DNA of 64,000 bases from Lepidodermella squamata (GCA_047495785.1 JBLDXI010000033.1:992001-1056000); one strand, 5' to 3'. Numbered from the stretch's first letter, positions 49,988 to 63,052 are shown. The notes: generated by a model not told the origin, from the letters alone. A program made the numbers and translations.

Positions 49988-51651
49988 ATGAGCTCCGAGT
50001 TGGGCGTTGGCTTTATGGCCCTGTCAACCACAGCCTTGCTAAAATGCCTAAACCGCATATTGCTGAAATTTCTCGCATCTGCCCGATCTGAGGAGCCACT
50101 TCCTGTATTGTATATCCTCTTAATTCGCCACGTCACAGTGGCAATTTTCGCGATACCTTACGCAAAGCTGACTCAGTCGCCGTTTTTTACATTCAGCCCT
50201 CGCGAATGGTTTTTCCTAATGATCCGATCTGTGATCGCTTTCAGCGTTTCGCTTACAAGCAGCTTTGCTGTCACGCTAATTTCGCTGCCTGATTTGGCGA
50301 CCATCACTTCAATGACGCCCATAGTCACTTCATTCGTCAGCTGGCCATTGCTAGGCGAGAGACCGAAATTATCGGACTTTCCAATTTTCATCGTGATGCT
50401 GACAGGTTATTTCAGACTATAATTAATATAATTTTCAATCAATTAGTAAATACACCTTTTCCCGGAGCAATTTGCCACGGCACCATTGGCGTTTGCCGAT
50501 CTATTTTTAGCATGAACTGGTTGACATGAATGATGGTCATTATTTTTTGCGCCTACTTAGTCGTCGTATTCCACTTCTTTGATAATGATAGTAATGAATG
50601 GATTTTATTGCTTTTGGCGCTGATCAGTAACAAAAAATACGGCTCGCGCCAAATCTTTGTGCCAAATCTCATGTGCCAAATATGGTCTCGTACTAAATTA
50701 TTTTGATTTTCGGGTTAAAGTCTTCGAAGGCAAAATTTTTGAAGCGCTCAGAGATGATGACAATAATTTTTGCTCTATTTGATCACCGCAAATTTTCATA
50801 ACCGCTCGAATTTTTTGTTAAATAGTTCAAGGTTAGGGTCGAATATACCAATATTCTTTTTCCTTTTGCGAGCGGTAACAATCACGGACATATAAAAAGG
50901 CTTCACCCGTATAATTTATTTTAATTGAATTATGATAAATTATTTCTATTTATTTAATTCATAATATAAGCGACCTTAATTTGAATTTTTTAATCAATTT
51001 TGATTACTCTTTGAGTTCAATATTTTTTTTATCTCTTTCCAGGTGTTCTATTCATTATTCAACCGCATTTCATCTTTGCTGGGTCTAGAAACTATTCGCC
51101 GCCGAATGTCATAGGGGTGTCACTAGGCGTGATGTCAGTTTTCGGAAAGGTAAACCAAATAGCAGTAAATTCGCCACCCTAATCGCTTGTTACAGTGTAT
51201 GATCCATACGAGCGTTCGAGGACTTCGCCAGGTCTCTTCAGCCAGCGCCAACTTCATCTACGGCATGGTTTCTGCGATCATATTCATAGCTGCCAATATA
51301 GCTTGGGATCCGACGTATCCTCCCTGCTCGGTCTTGATTCGCTCGGAAACTGTTTTCAGCGGGTTGCTATTTTCAGTCGACATTGGGCTGAGCAAATTTG
51401 CAGGTCGATTCTTACCAGCGCCTTTCATATCGCTTAGCGCCGGGCTGGAACTCGTTTTTCAACTCCTGATTCAACTAATTTTCTTCCATGTCGATGTTAA
51501 AGTGTTCAACCTAGTTGGAGCTCTCATTGTGATATCAGCTTTCGGCCTCATTGCCGCAAGAAATATTCTGTTCGGAAATGTAACTAAAGGCCATCGTGAA
51601 GTTTGGGTGGAGAAGCAGCAAAACTGCTTCATGAAATTTCTGACCATTTAG
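49988..51651 (+). CDS. SLC35G/EamA-like transporter 2 (recent duplicate of transporter 1)
   Basis: Protein nearly identical to 42781-44575 with the same 3-exon structure. Confidence 0.85.
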
Positions 51652-52207
51652 ATATCCTGGCCAACCTAACCGAGCAGGGTATCTTGAAATAAATGGCCTT
51701 GGATGAACTGTGTTGTATTCATCATATTTTTTTCACGAAATGTTTCCGCCAAGAAAACACCCATACAGAATCCGATATGTCTACCAAATGAGGATATTTC
51801 TTGAGGATTTTCTTGAGAAAAAGAAAAACCGAGAAGGAATTATTGTCATCAGTATCGGCGAAATTTGCCTTCAGAATTTTAATGAGCAAATATTTGTTCA
51901 GAGTTATTTTACCATCGGCATGAGATCGAGTTGCACAAATGGACCTGAAAAGACAAGCGTTAATACAAAAGTGAATGGTGAAATACATGAAGAGTTAAAT
52001 CCTTATACATTATATGCAGCTTCTTTAATTTCGAGTGAATTTCGATGACATCGATTCGATTGAATCGCGCGTTCTCCTAACTCAGCACACGCGTTTTGTC
52101 GTCACGTTTCATCTGACAATAAGAAATGACTGGCACAATGATTGTTCCAGGAAGCATGCGGATCGTTTTTGGAACCACGCCCGCACGCGATTCGCGTCTA
52201 AAACGCC

Positions 52208-52214
52208 TATAAGA
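52208..52214 (+). promoter_or_regulatory. Candidate TATA box of small HSP B
   Basis: cgccTATAAGAagagg about 115 nt upstream of the ATG at 52323. Confidence 0.35.
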
Positions 52215-52322
52215 AGAGGGTGTGGCCTCATCGGAATATTCATCATCTGCTCATTCGCAATTTGCATTTAAAGCAATTTAAAGTCTTTTCAGTTTTTCGT
52301 AGTCTTCAAATCTTCAAGTAAA

Positions 52323-53749
52323 ATGGCTTGCTCATACACCTCGATGCCGTCGACCTTCGGCGCCGCCGCCGGCTACACCAGCCCGATCAGCGTTGAGAAC
52401 ATGCTCCGCAACAAGGTCGACCTCTACTCGGCCCTGCCCGTCGAGCGCAGCCTCATCAACGCCAGCCCGATCGTCGGCAACACCTTCGCCTCGGCCGCTC
52501 CCTTCGGCGGTGCCTTCGAGACCGAACAGGCCCTCCGCTTCGGTGGTGCTGGCTCCGTCGTCGAGTTCGGCGCCCACACCGGCCGCGTCTTCGGTGCCGA
52601 CTGCGGCGCCCAGCTCGCCTCGATCGTCGCCGCCCGCCTCAACACCTTCCTCGGCCACGAGGTCGCCGTCCGCATCGGCGCCCAGTGGGGAGCTGAGGTG
52701 TGCGCCAAGCTGGGTGCCGAGCTCGCCGTCAAGCTCGCCAACGGCTGGCCCGTCGAGCAGTGCGCCCGCTGGTGCTACACCTTCGGAGCCGAGCACGGCG
52801 CCGAACTGGGTGCCGTCATTGCCCAGCGCCTGGGTGCCATCTACACCGCCGAGCACGCCGCCCGCGTCTCGTCGATGCTCTTCGCCGAGTTGAGCCAGCA
52901 GCTGTGCTACGTCATCGCCGCCCGCCTCGGCGAGTCCCGTTTCGGCCGCGTCAACAACTGGACCGGCTCGTACCCGACCACCTACGGCTCGTACGCTGGC
53001 AACTACGGCTACCCGACCACCTACGGCTCTTTCGAGCGCTTCGGTGGCCTGTTCGGCGGTCGCCCTGAGCTCTTCAACACCACCAACACCTTCGGCTCAT
53101 ACCCGACCACCTTCGGCTCCTTCGGTGCCAACACCTGGGCCAACACCCCCAACACCTGGTTCAACACCATGTCTGGCGACAACAAGCTGTACAACATCGC
53201 CTTCCGCCCGTCGTCGGAGCTCGAGATGTACACCCTGACCAACCCGATCCGCATGATCGACGTCGAGGGCAACCGCCAGCTGTACCTGTGCTTCGAGCTC
53301 AAGGGCTTCAAGCCTGAGGAAGTCTGTGTCACCCTGAACAAGGCCGAGCGCGCCGTCGTCGTCGAGGCCGCCCACGACATCAAGGAGGGCAAGGAGCACC
53401 AGATCTCCCGCAAGTACTCGCGCAAGTTCGTCCTGCCCGAGGTGAGTCATTGATCGAAATTTCAATCAACTCTATTTTAATTGTTCGTTTCGCTTATTTT
53501 CAGACCCTTGCCAAGATCGACCTGACCAAGGTTGAGCTCAAGTCGTGCCTGACCCAGGAGGGCTACCTCGTCGTCGAGTGCCAGCTGCCGAAGATGACCA
53601 CCGAGGAGATCGCCAAGTCGCCGATCATGTCCGAGCTGTACAACAAGATGCCCTTCGGTGGCTACAACGCCGTCCACAACTTCGGTGGCATGCCCTCGAT
53701 CAGCAGCCACTACAACAACGTCAAGCCCGTCACCGTCAAGACTGCCTAA
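52323..53749 (+). CDS. Large small heat-shock protein (HSP20/alpha-crystallin domain) B, ~454 aa
   Basis: Exons 52323-53441 and 53504-53749; alpha-crystallin domain almost identical to HSP A; C-terminal KPVTVKTA; distinct Gly/Ala-rich N-terminal region. Confidence 0.88.
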
Positions 53750-54181
53750 ACGATTGAGAAGACCGAACGATAATCGAAGCCAGCCATGCATGATAAGACA
53801 TGATGAGGACGATTTTGTGATTAGTCTCAAATAATTCTGATGATTATGCATGCAATTATCTGTCTATTTGCGGCTTGATCACTCGATAAATCGCTTGTTT
53901 ATGAATAAATTTAATGCATCATGTATGGTTAAAAAAATCTCGAATTTTTGTCGGCGATAAATATAGCAAATCGTAATCTCGCGACTCGCGCTAACTGAAC
54001 CGTGATTTCCATGAATTACACCTGATCAGACGAAAAAATGTGTAAGTAGCATCGGCTTAATTGAAAAAACCAGGGTTTTACCGCCAACGCTCCATTCAAA
54101 GTATTTATGGAAAGCCAGACCGGTTAAATAATTCCCACTATTCCGCATTTATTGCTTCATTCCAAAATTTTCTGAGAAATA

Positions 54182-54664
54182 ATGAGTTCATTTTTCACTT
54201 TAATAGCAGCGATTCTAGTCGCTGCTTCACCTGTTTCGACTGCTTCCGTCAATCCAACTGCCGAAAACAAAGTGGCGAAGTTTGCCCTCGAAAAATTAAC
54301 AGATGCCTTGTCCTCAGTGAAATCAAGCTGCGGCCATTTAACAACTGAAAGCAAGTCAAATGCCGAAAACGCTACAGCGTCTGAAGACAACTTTAAGACG
54401 CCAATCGACGAGGCTGAAATATTGAAGGTCATTGAAGGCAGTAAACACGTTGGCAAGTCTGGCGTAAAGACGCAATGTGTCGTCAAATTGGCGCTGCTGA
54501 GACGGTTCGCGAAAACTACGCTCAACATCTTGAAAGAACTTCGGCAAAGAAAGGCGAACAGCGATGAAAACTGCAAGGAGTTACTGGCGTTCCTTCTCGA
54601 AAAACAAATGCCTGTCAGCAAATTTTACGGCGGATGTATCAAAAATGTACTTGAGAAAAATTAA
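54182..54664 (+). CDS. Orphan secreted protein, 160 aa, probably helical, 4 Cys
   Basis: Single-exon ORF with a clear signal peptide (MSSFFTLIAAILVAASPVSTA) and AATAAA downstream (~54746); no family recognised. Confidence 0.7.
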   Translation: MSSFFTLIAAILVAASPVSTASVNPTAENKVAKFALEKLTDALSSVKSSCGHLTTESKSNAENATASEDNFKTPIDEAEILKVIEGSKHVGKSGVKTQCVVKLALLRRFAKTTLNILKELRQRKANSDENCKELLAFLLEKQMPVSKFYGGCIKNVLEKN

Positions 54665-55019
54665 TTTTTTAATCTAAGACTTGATACAAAATAATTTTAT
54701 TTTTAATTGTTTTTTTCATTTAAAATTTGTAAAAAATGTTTTTCAATAAAAATATGGAGAAATTAAAATCGCGTCAACATAAATTATTGAATAAGTTTGG
54801 CATGTCATTATATCAATCCAAGTTCGCACACAATTTTTCGAACTTCTGAATAATTCAAAGGGACATTTTGCTGTGATACAATATTGTGTTGATAATTAAC
54901 GATGCATACCATTTCATGTAAAATATTTATTGTAATTTTATGTATCAGAGGTTCGATACATGCAGCTTGACTTCGGCAAATCCGGTATTCGACGTTTTCA
55001 ATTTCGAGCCCTCCAAAAA

Positions 55020-57114
55020 ATGGAAATGCAAATTGCCTTGGCGATTTTTTTTAATTTCTATTCTGTAATTCAGCGATCCGCGGCTAAATTAATGTACGGC
55101 TATCCGGTTTCGCCGTACGGCCGACATCTTCTAGACCCGGAGTAATATTTTAATAATTTTCTCTGAAATTCTTATTTGTGCTGATTCAGTCACCCAAGGG
55201 TTCGCGGAATCACCGATGAAGAGCGTTTGTCAGGAAAATTGTTTCGGCGATACGACTTTCGAATAGGTAATTCGTGTTTACTGAATTTCCTGAAAATTAA
55301 AATAATTCCGTGGAACAGGTCCGCGGCTAAATTGGTCGGATGTCATTGAAATTCATATCAGTGTGTCGCTTTCCTCCATTCCCAAGCTGGTTTGGATTCC
55401 TATATTTTATTAATTTTGACAAGAAATTATTCTGTTTTAGGAAGATGTGCCTCAGGTTCTTCACGCCTTTATTTGGATGGACTTAGTAATTATTTCGAAT
55501 TTTCTGTTAAATTCTTCCTTAATTTAATTTAATTTTCTTAGTGGTGGGTCGATGAAAGGTCAGATTAATGATATTGGATTCGTAACCAATTTAGATTTGA
55601 GAGTAGGCTGGTTTGGAATCCTGATAAATTCAACGGCTTGAAAAAAATGGCTATTCCAACCAAACGAATCTGGCTGCCTGACTTGGTTATGTACAACTCA
55701 GCCGAAACGATAGATACTCGATTTCTGTACGATCTACAAGCCATGGTTGACTACACCGGGGTCGTAAAGCTCACTCCTTACCTCAAAGTCCGACCTTTTT
55801 GCAAGCTGGACCTCAGGATTTATCCATTCGACGAAACAATGTGAGTTTTGGTCACTTCGATATAATTTAAATAAATTTCAAATAAATTATAGATGCTCAC
55901 TTCAATTCGGATCCTGGACCCACGATAGAAGCCGATTGGTTTTGATAAATGAGTCGCACATAGCTGACATGTCCAAGTACACTGAATCGAGTAAATGGGA
56001 CGTTTTAGCAACCCGAGTCCGCCAAATCAGCCGAGATCATCTCATCTTCAGCAACTGGCCTAACGGCACTAAGCTAATCCATCACTACGCCGATCTTGAG
56101 GTTAACCTTAAAATGCGCCGGAGATTTCTATTCAACTACTACTTTGACGTATTCTTCCCGTGCCTAATCATGTGTGGCGTTAGCATTCTTACGTTTTGGC
56201 TCGAATTCGATGAAGGCGAGAAGATTTCCCTTGTCATCGGCCTTCTTCTCACGCAAATTCTCGTTCTGTTGCTAGTAACAAAAAACACCCCGGTGACAAG
56301 CGACGTTTTCCCGTTGATTTCAATTTACCTCGTTCTTACGATGGTTTTCACGAACTCAGTCGTGATCGTTGAGGTGGTTATGCTAATATTTTACCATAGC
56401 ATAAGCAACGAGACGAGAAAACCTCCTATCTGGCTGAAAAATGCTTCGAAATCAGCCGCGAGGTATCTTTTCATCTCCCCTTCGAGGCGGCGACGTGAGT
56501 CGTTAATTAGTGAGGAGAGAAAATCGTCGATTATTAAGGAGGATTTATTATTACCATCTCCTGAAGAGAAGCCTCAGCCTATAAAGAAATCTATCTCGTT
56601 GCCGATAGGTTTCGAACAGCGCGATAATTCAATGAAGCGCGACGTGTCATTCAATCTCGACTCGGAAATTAGCCGTGAAATAGCTGAAAAGCGTAGGCGG
56701 GAAAAACAAACTCAACGTGTTTTAAGCTCTATAGAAAGTATGTGTAGCATAAATTATTCAGACACGCAGGAGAAACTACGCTCACGTTATTTCAACGTCG
56801 ATACTACAGCGGAGAAGAGAGCTAGGAAACAAGCCTGTTACGACAAAATTATTCACCGCCGTAGATTATCTCTGATCAGGCAGATTGCCGAAACTGTTTC
56901 TTACAAACAGAATACAACCGGCAGGATCGGTAGAATCAATCGAAATAAGGAGGAATGGATCAAAGTTCTGAGGGTCATCGAAAGGGCTTCTTTCTTCCTA
57001 TTCCTAACTGCTATTTTGGGCTTTAATTTCACTATCCTCATCTGGCAGCCTTACAAAGCCGTGCATACTGACCATTTCGAACATCTCCATGGCAATGTGT
57101 CCGGAAAATATTGA
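55020..57114 (+). CDS. nAChR-like non-alpha Cys-loop subunit, predicted cation-selective
   Basis: Spliced: DEERLSGKLFRRYD..GPR..AFIWMDL|WWVDER|LVWNP..IWLPDLVMYNS..CKLDLRIYPFDETICSLQFGSWTHD; M2 GEKISLVIGLLL; long M3-M4 loop and EEWIKVLRVIER before M4; no vicinal CC in loop C. Start codon uncertain (54960, 55020 or 55026). Confidence 0.9.
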
Positions 57115-57241
57115 GTTTTTTTATTGTCCTGTTACTGATAAGATAACCAGCCGGTCTGTGGGCTGTGGGACCTTATCTTAGTTTTGGTTTTTTCTCAATG
57201 AGTTATCACTTTTACAAATATTATTATGCCCTGGTTGAATC

Positions 57242-59142
57242 ATGGCTTTCGGGGACAAGCTGTTGAACTTTTGGGGATTCGGGTTTATAGTCATCGTAGT
57301 AACTTCGGTAAATGTCTGCTTCAACCGAGTTATTCAAAAGACTCTGCTTGTGGACGAAGACGACCCGATATCCGTGCCTTACATGTTAATGGTCCGTCAG
57401 GTGGTTATGGCTTTAACGGCAGTTCCATTGGCGAGATTCACGCGGGCTGAAATGTTCCGTTTCACGCCGAGAGAATGGGTTTTTCTGATGATGAGGTGCA
57501 TCATATCCATTGGCTTGGCTACTTCGAACAACTTTGCGATAACGATGATGTCGCTGCCTGATTTTGTGACCATATGCTCGATAACTCCTCTAGCCACGTC
57601 TTTCGTCAGTTGGCCTATCCTTAAGGAGCGGCCGAGAGTTTCCGACTTTCCAGCGTTTATAATCATGTTAATAGGTAAACGCGGCTTTTCTCGACAAATT
57701 ACTCAATTCTAGTCGATTATTAGGAGTTTGCTTCATCGTTCAACCCAAGTTCATATTTGGCGGCTCGGAAAGCTATTCGCCCCCAAGTACACTCGGCTTG
57801 ATTCTTTGCGGATGCTCAATCCTAGGAAAGGTAAGGCCTCAATTGATAAAAATGAACTACAGCGTGTCCCAACAGTAACGCAAACAAAGAAAATATTAAA
57901 CGGAAAATCAGAGGCAAACTCATATTAACTATGATTAATTAAAAAATAAATAGGATTAAAAAATCCGGAAAAATTGGTCCAACCGGGTTAAATACCGAAA
58001 ATTACCGAACCAGCTACCTTCAGGATTTTTCGGGTTTTTCCGGTAGATATTTTATTATTTTCGGTAAAGTCACGGGTAAAGCATGGAATGACAGATTGCA
58101 TCTTGAAGCTGCAGAAATATTTGTGCCAAATAAAAAATTGCTGCGCAACTTATGGGACACGATGTACTATAAAATGGGTGTGCCAAGTGCGCATCCCGAA
58201 TTTAGGGTTCCAGCACTATATTTTCCCGGAATATGGTTTTCCGAATTTCTAGTCCTCACTAGAATCTCAATTTTTTTGTTTTCCAGCCTAACCGATAGAC
58301 CTTCATATTACGCGTATTTCGCGCTATGAGCAGTCAGTTTACGAATTATACTTCATCCTATAGAGCCGATATCGATTCCAAGTATCGATTTTACAAATCA
58401 GTGATTTTCTCGATATCAGCCGCCTTGGAACCCAACATTGATAATTTTTCTACGTAGTTTAGGGCACCAGTTAGCTAATATAAAAAGTTCTAGGATTAGG
58501 GAGGGCATCGGTATCGATCAAAAAAGGAAAACGCCGAAATCGCAAAGTATCTGAACAAATTAGTGCCAGGGCGCTCAAATTTAGAGCTGGAACCTCATTT
58601 TTAGTGGTGGAAATATTTTGACCCCTATAAAATATTTTGTTCAATTTTAGTGCCTGGTCCATACCAGTTTTCGAGGACTTGCTTCGGTTCAAGCTGGCAG
58701 TGTCAATTTCGTATCAGGCACTACGTCATCAATTATTCTAGTCGCCATTAATCTTATATTCTTTCCTCGCCTACCGCCTTGTTCACATTTGATTCGGTTT
58801 AAAACCATCCTGATAGGGCTGATCATGTCCCTCGACTCAATTTTGATAAAATTAGCCGCGAAAAGTTTACCAGCCTCGTTTCTGTCGCTCACCTCCGGCC
58901 TTGAGCTGGTTTTTCAGCTGATATTACAGATTTTATTTTTTGGCGGCGCGCCAAAACTGTTCAACTTCATCGGCTCCGGCCTGGTACTGGCTGGTTTCGC
59001 ATTTTTAGCCATACGAAATTTTCTACTTCGACATTACGATGCCCAAAAACGAGAGCTCGAAAAGAAGAAGAAAAACGGTGTGGATATCGGTGATGAAAAA
59101 CTGCCTGAATTAAACGCTTGCATGATGTTCATGTCTCTATGA
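57242..59142 (+). CDS. SLC35G/EamA-like transporter 3
   Basis: LPDFVTICSITPLATSFVSWPILKERP..GVCFIVQPKFIFG; last exon from ~58651 (CLVHTSFRGL..GLELVFQLILQILFF); same intron positions as paralogues. Confidence 0.83.
57860..58164 (+). mobile_element. Tc1/mariner-type MITE (~305 bp) in intron 2 of transporter 3
   Basis: TA|cagcgtgtccca ... tgggacacgatg|TA terminal inverted repeats with TA duplication; related copies at ~33.0-33.2 kb and 43.4-43.8 kb. Confidence 0.78.
58288..58650. repeat. Dispersed repeat, copy B (related to 4598-4950)
   Basis: Shares gatatcgattccaagtatcgatttt.caaatcagtgatttt and downstream blocks with copy A. Confidence 0.7.
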
Positions 59143-59292
59143 AAATTTTCATATATAATAAACGGATAATAGACACGTTAATTAGGTATTATCAATAATT
59201 ATATTACAAGTGCGTTTTTAATGGCTTATAGTCACGAAAATAGGCCATGGTTCATAATAATTTCATCCTACTAATTATTTTTCGCAACCGGA

Positions 59293-60531
59293 ATGTTTAG
59301 CTCCATTCCGGACGTTTACGCATGGCTGGTGGGGTACGTTGTAATCACCCTAGCAGCTTTTGTAGTCTCAAGCAATCGAATCCTGTTGACGCTGATGTCA
59401 GAACATACGGAAGAAGTGACTGTTTTCTACCTGCTTATGGTGAAGCAGATAACGCTGACGTTTTCATCCATCCCAGCCGTGAGATTTGCCGAGGCACCGT
59501 TTTTTAATTTCACTCGAACTGAATGGAGTGTTTTGATTACGAAATCAATCATGTCGCTAACAGTTGACGGCCTGTCGTTATTTGCGATTATCATGCTATC
59601 AGTCCCCGTTTTCACGACAATTATGGCCGCTACGCCCATCGCTACAGCCTTACTTAGTTGGCCCATTTTGGGTGAAAGGCCGAAAATTACAGATATCCCG
59701 ATTTTTCTGCTGATTTTAATAGGTGAGTTTTGCGATTTTTGGGAGTTTTCCAAATGTTATTCACTTTTTAGGGGTCATCTTTGTGACACAACCGAGCGCA
59801 CTTTTCGGTCACCTTTCGGACCACAGACCAGCTCATCCTTTCGGAATTGCTTTGGCTCTAATCGCGATGATGGCTAAGGTTGATTTTAACAGAGACCGGT
59901 GACAAGGGAAGTGGTTTATTTTGGCAGTATTTAGATCAATTTGTTTTACCAGTTTTTTCAAAAATTTTAAATATTTAGACCATCTTTCACTAGTTCCAGG
60001 GGGCAAGCGCCACTCCTCGCTTGTTACCGGTCATGCCATATTATTGTCCCAACTGTTTTCAATTCACAGAGTGGAGCTATCATTTGCATCAGAGGCCTTC
60101 GCGAGGTACCTGCAGTCAGCATTAATTTCATTTACGGTTGCTTCTCATCGGCGATTTACATCGTGATCAACCAAGTCAAATGCCCTCAGCTGCCACCTTG
60201 CTCCACGTGGTTGAGATTGGGAACTGTCGTAGCTGGGCTGCTGTACGGCATGGAATTCGGGATGATCAAATTCGCCGGGACAAAAGTCACCGCATCAATG
60301 CTGTCACTCAGCCTGCCTATGGAGCTGATTTTCAGCCTGATTCTTGAAATGATTTTCTTCCAAGTCCCGAATTTTCTAACTTTCCTCGGCGCTGGTATTG
60401 TTATCATGGGATTCGCTTTTGTGACTATTCGCAGCGTTTTGATCGGTCAAACCACCGAACAGGAGAAAGAGGCAGAAGACAGTGGATTGGAATATAAAAA
60501 ATCTTGCCTTGTGAAATGCATGACTGAATAA
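59293..60531 (+). CDS. SLC35G/EamA-like transporter 4 (most divergent copy)
   Basis: VPVFTTIMAATPIATALLSWPILGERP..GVIFVTQP; last exon ..MELIFSLILEMIFFQVPNFLTFLGAGIVI; same 3-exon structure. Confidence 0.82.
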
Positions 60532-61333
60532 TTTTTCTCACGCTGAAAAAAAACTATCCCGGTGATCAAGATAAATCCTAAAAAGGAAAAAAATCAAAGA
60601 AATACGAATGATAACTTGAATAAACATTTTTTCATAGGTTAAAAATTATATTTCACATTTTCAAAATAATTTTGAATCTATAATTGGGCAAGGCAGTTAT
60701 TACTCTTGGATTTTCTATTTTTTCCTGATCTTGCAACTTAAGGCATGATTGCTTAGCAGGACAATAATATTGCACCATTTAACTTCCACATTGCCTCATT
60801 TTTTACATGCGATTTTTACACACTTGAACTACAGGTAAATTTCCTGATGAACCTTACCGTCAAAATTTAGGTTTCCCTTCAATTTTATATCAGGGTCGAC
60901 GTTTAAGCTATTCAGTTACTATAAAGGAAGTACTAAGGCATTGATCGCTCCGTTTACACTAATAAAGGAAGAAGTACTTCCTACCTTTTCCTTTATTAGC
61001 ATACCAAGTACTTCATAACTATGGGTGCGAATTTATGTGAGGCGACCCATGTATATATAGAGATTCAAGGTAAAAGAATACCTGCGTTTATTCTATGTGA
61101 AACGTTTTCATGCGCACACACACAATTCAGAGTTATTTCCAATAATTTCTCAATAATGAAACGGCGAAATGAACCGGTTGACCAACATTTTTTATACATA
61201 TCAGTACGTTTTCGCATGTCCATGCTGATAACGAGATAATATAATATGATACCAAACCCACTCTATTGTTCTGACCACTAACTCGGGAATGGCCGTAATA
61301 ATCGACTCAGCCCATTCATAAAAAAAGCGAGAA

Positions 61334-63052
61334 ATGAGCATTTCAAAGCGGTTGCGCTCATTTTGGGGATTCGGCTTCATCGCCCTAGCTCTGTCGGCTT
61401 TACTCATTTGTTTAAACAGAGTGATGACTAAAATTCTGGCAGCAGAAGATGCCGAAGACCCGCTACCAGTCCTGTACATCCTGCTTATCAGGTACACCAC
61501 AATGGGGTTCGTGTCTGTACCTGCGGCGAAATTTACCAAGGCGCCTATGGTTCAGTTCTCGAGGCGGGATTGGATTTTTATGTTGATGCGCTCTTTATTA
61601 TCGGTAGCTGGGGCGATTTGCAACGCTTACGCTGTTACACTTATGTCATTGTCTGATTTGGCGACGATATCTTCCATAACTCCGTTCCTGACTTCATTCG
61701 TGAGCTGGCCGATTCTAAGGGAGAGACCTATATTGACCGACTTCCCAATTTTTTTCGCAATAGTAATCGGTAAGAGCGAGCGCAATTTACTTTCTGATTT
61801 TAACAAATCACACGTAGGACGTAGGCACTTGAAAAATGATATTTTTGTAAAAACAAGAATGATTAATTATTTAAGAATTACCGTAATACTGGTTGAATTT
61901 GGACGTGGAAAATTTATAGACAATCCGCCATTTGACCTTTCCTTCTGGGTTAGCGTTAGAGTTGGGGTTAGGGTAATTCAAGTTTTTAGAAAGAAAGCAT
62001 TTCTCCGAGTTCATTAAGACTGTGCATATGCTAATGAGGTGCCCAAAATTAGCATACTCATAAAATCAATGATGAGTGTAAAATCAAAATTTTCACACCT
62101 ATCAGAAATGAGCACCCCCATCGTATCCCGAAAATTTCAAATTTTTATAAGTTTTTCTTGATTTTCTAGACCCTAAATTTAGAGTCTAAATAAAAACAAA
62201 AATAATAATATAAAATATTAGTGGCGCAACGGCGACCCATTTCGGATCATTGAGAAATTGTCGTATTTTTCTTTTTAAAAAAAAAACGAAACATGCAGAT
62301 TAATCTGTACAGAAAAGTGAATTTTGTGGGTTTTCATTATCATATTTCTAAGATTGTCCTGTAATTACTGTATAGTTATTTCATTTTATTTCCTTTACAT
62401 TACATAGGGATCGTCTTCATCCTTCAGCCTCCTTTCATTTTTGGAGGCAGCGAAAACTACTCTCCGCCAAGCTACCTCGGAGTTTTATTCGCGTTTGGAT
62501 CGATAGCCGGAAAGGTGAAGCATCTTTTAAGGCTGATTTGTCGTAAAATCTAGTTTTTCTTCTCAATTTCAGTGCATCGTTCACACTGGAATACGAGGGC
62601 TGAAAGATGTTTCAACTTCCAGCGTAAATTTTGTCTACGGAATTTCTACCTCGATTGTGGTGATCGCAGTCAATCTAGTTGTCATGCCTCGACTCCCGCC
62701 TTGCTCATACCTGATTCGATTCGAAACTCTTCTCGGCGGCATAATGCTGATTTTGGACGTGACATTCTCGAAATTGGCCGGTTTAAGCCTACCAGCGCCG
62801 ATTTTAGGGCTGAGTGCCGGCCTCGAACTCGTCTTTCACTTGATTATTCAAATCGCCATTGTCAGGCAGGTGCCGAAATTGTTCAGCGTAATCGGAGCCA
62901 GTATTGTCCTAACGGCCTTTGCCGCTGTAGCGTGGCGGAATTATTTACTGCGAAACGTGGATATGAAGCGTAAAGTATTGCGCGAAATCGACGCAAACGG
63001 CGTAGAAATTGAAACGCCATTGACCGGTTGTTTAAAATTTATGGCACTGTGA
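61334..63052 (+). CDS. SLC35G/EamA-like transporter 5
   Basis: LSDLATISSITPFLTSFVSWPILRERP..GIVFILQPPFIFG..GLELVFHLIIQIAI; same 3-exon structure. Confidence 0.84.

Noticed and set aside
52143-52152. ttccaggaa upstream of sHSP B as a heat-shock element
   Set aside because: The spacing is TTC-N3-GAA, not alternating nGAAn pentamers; a single short motif is not enough evidence.
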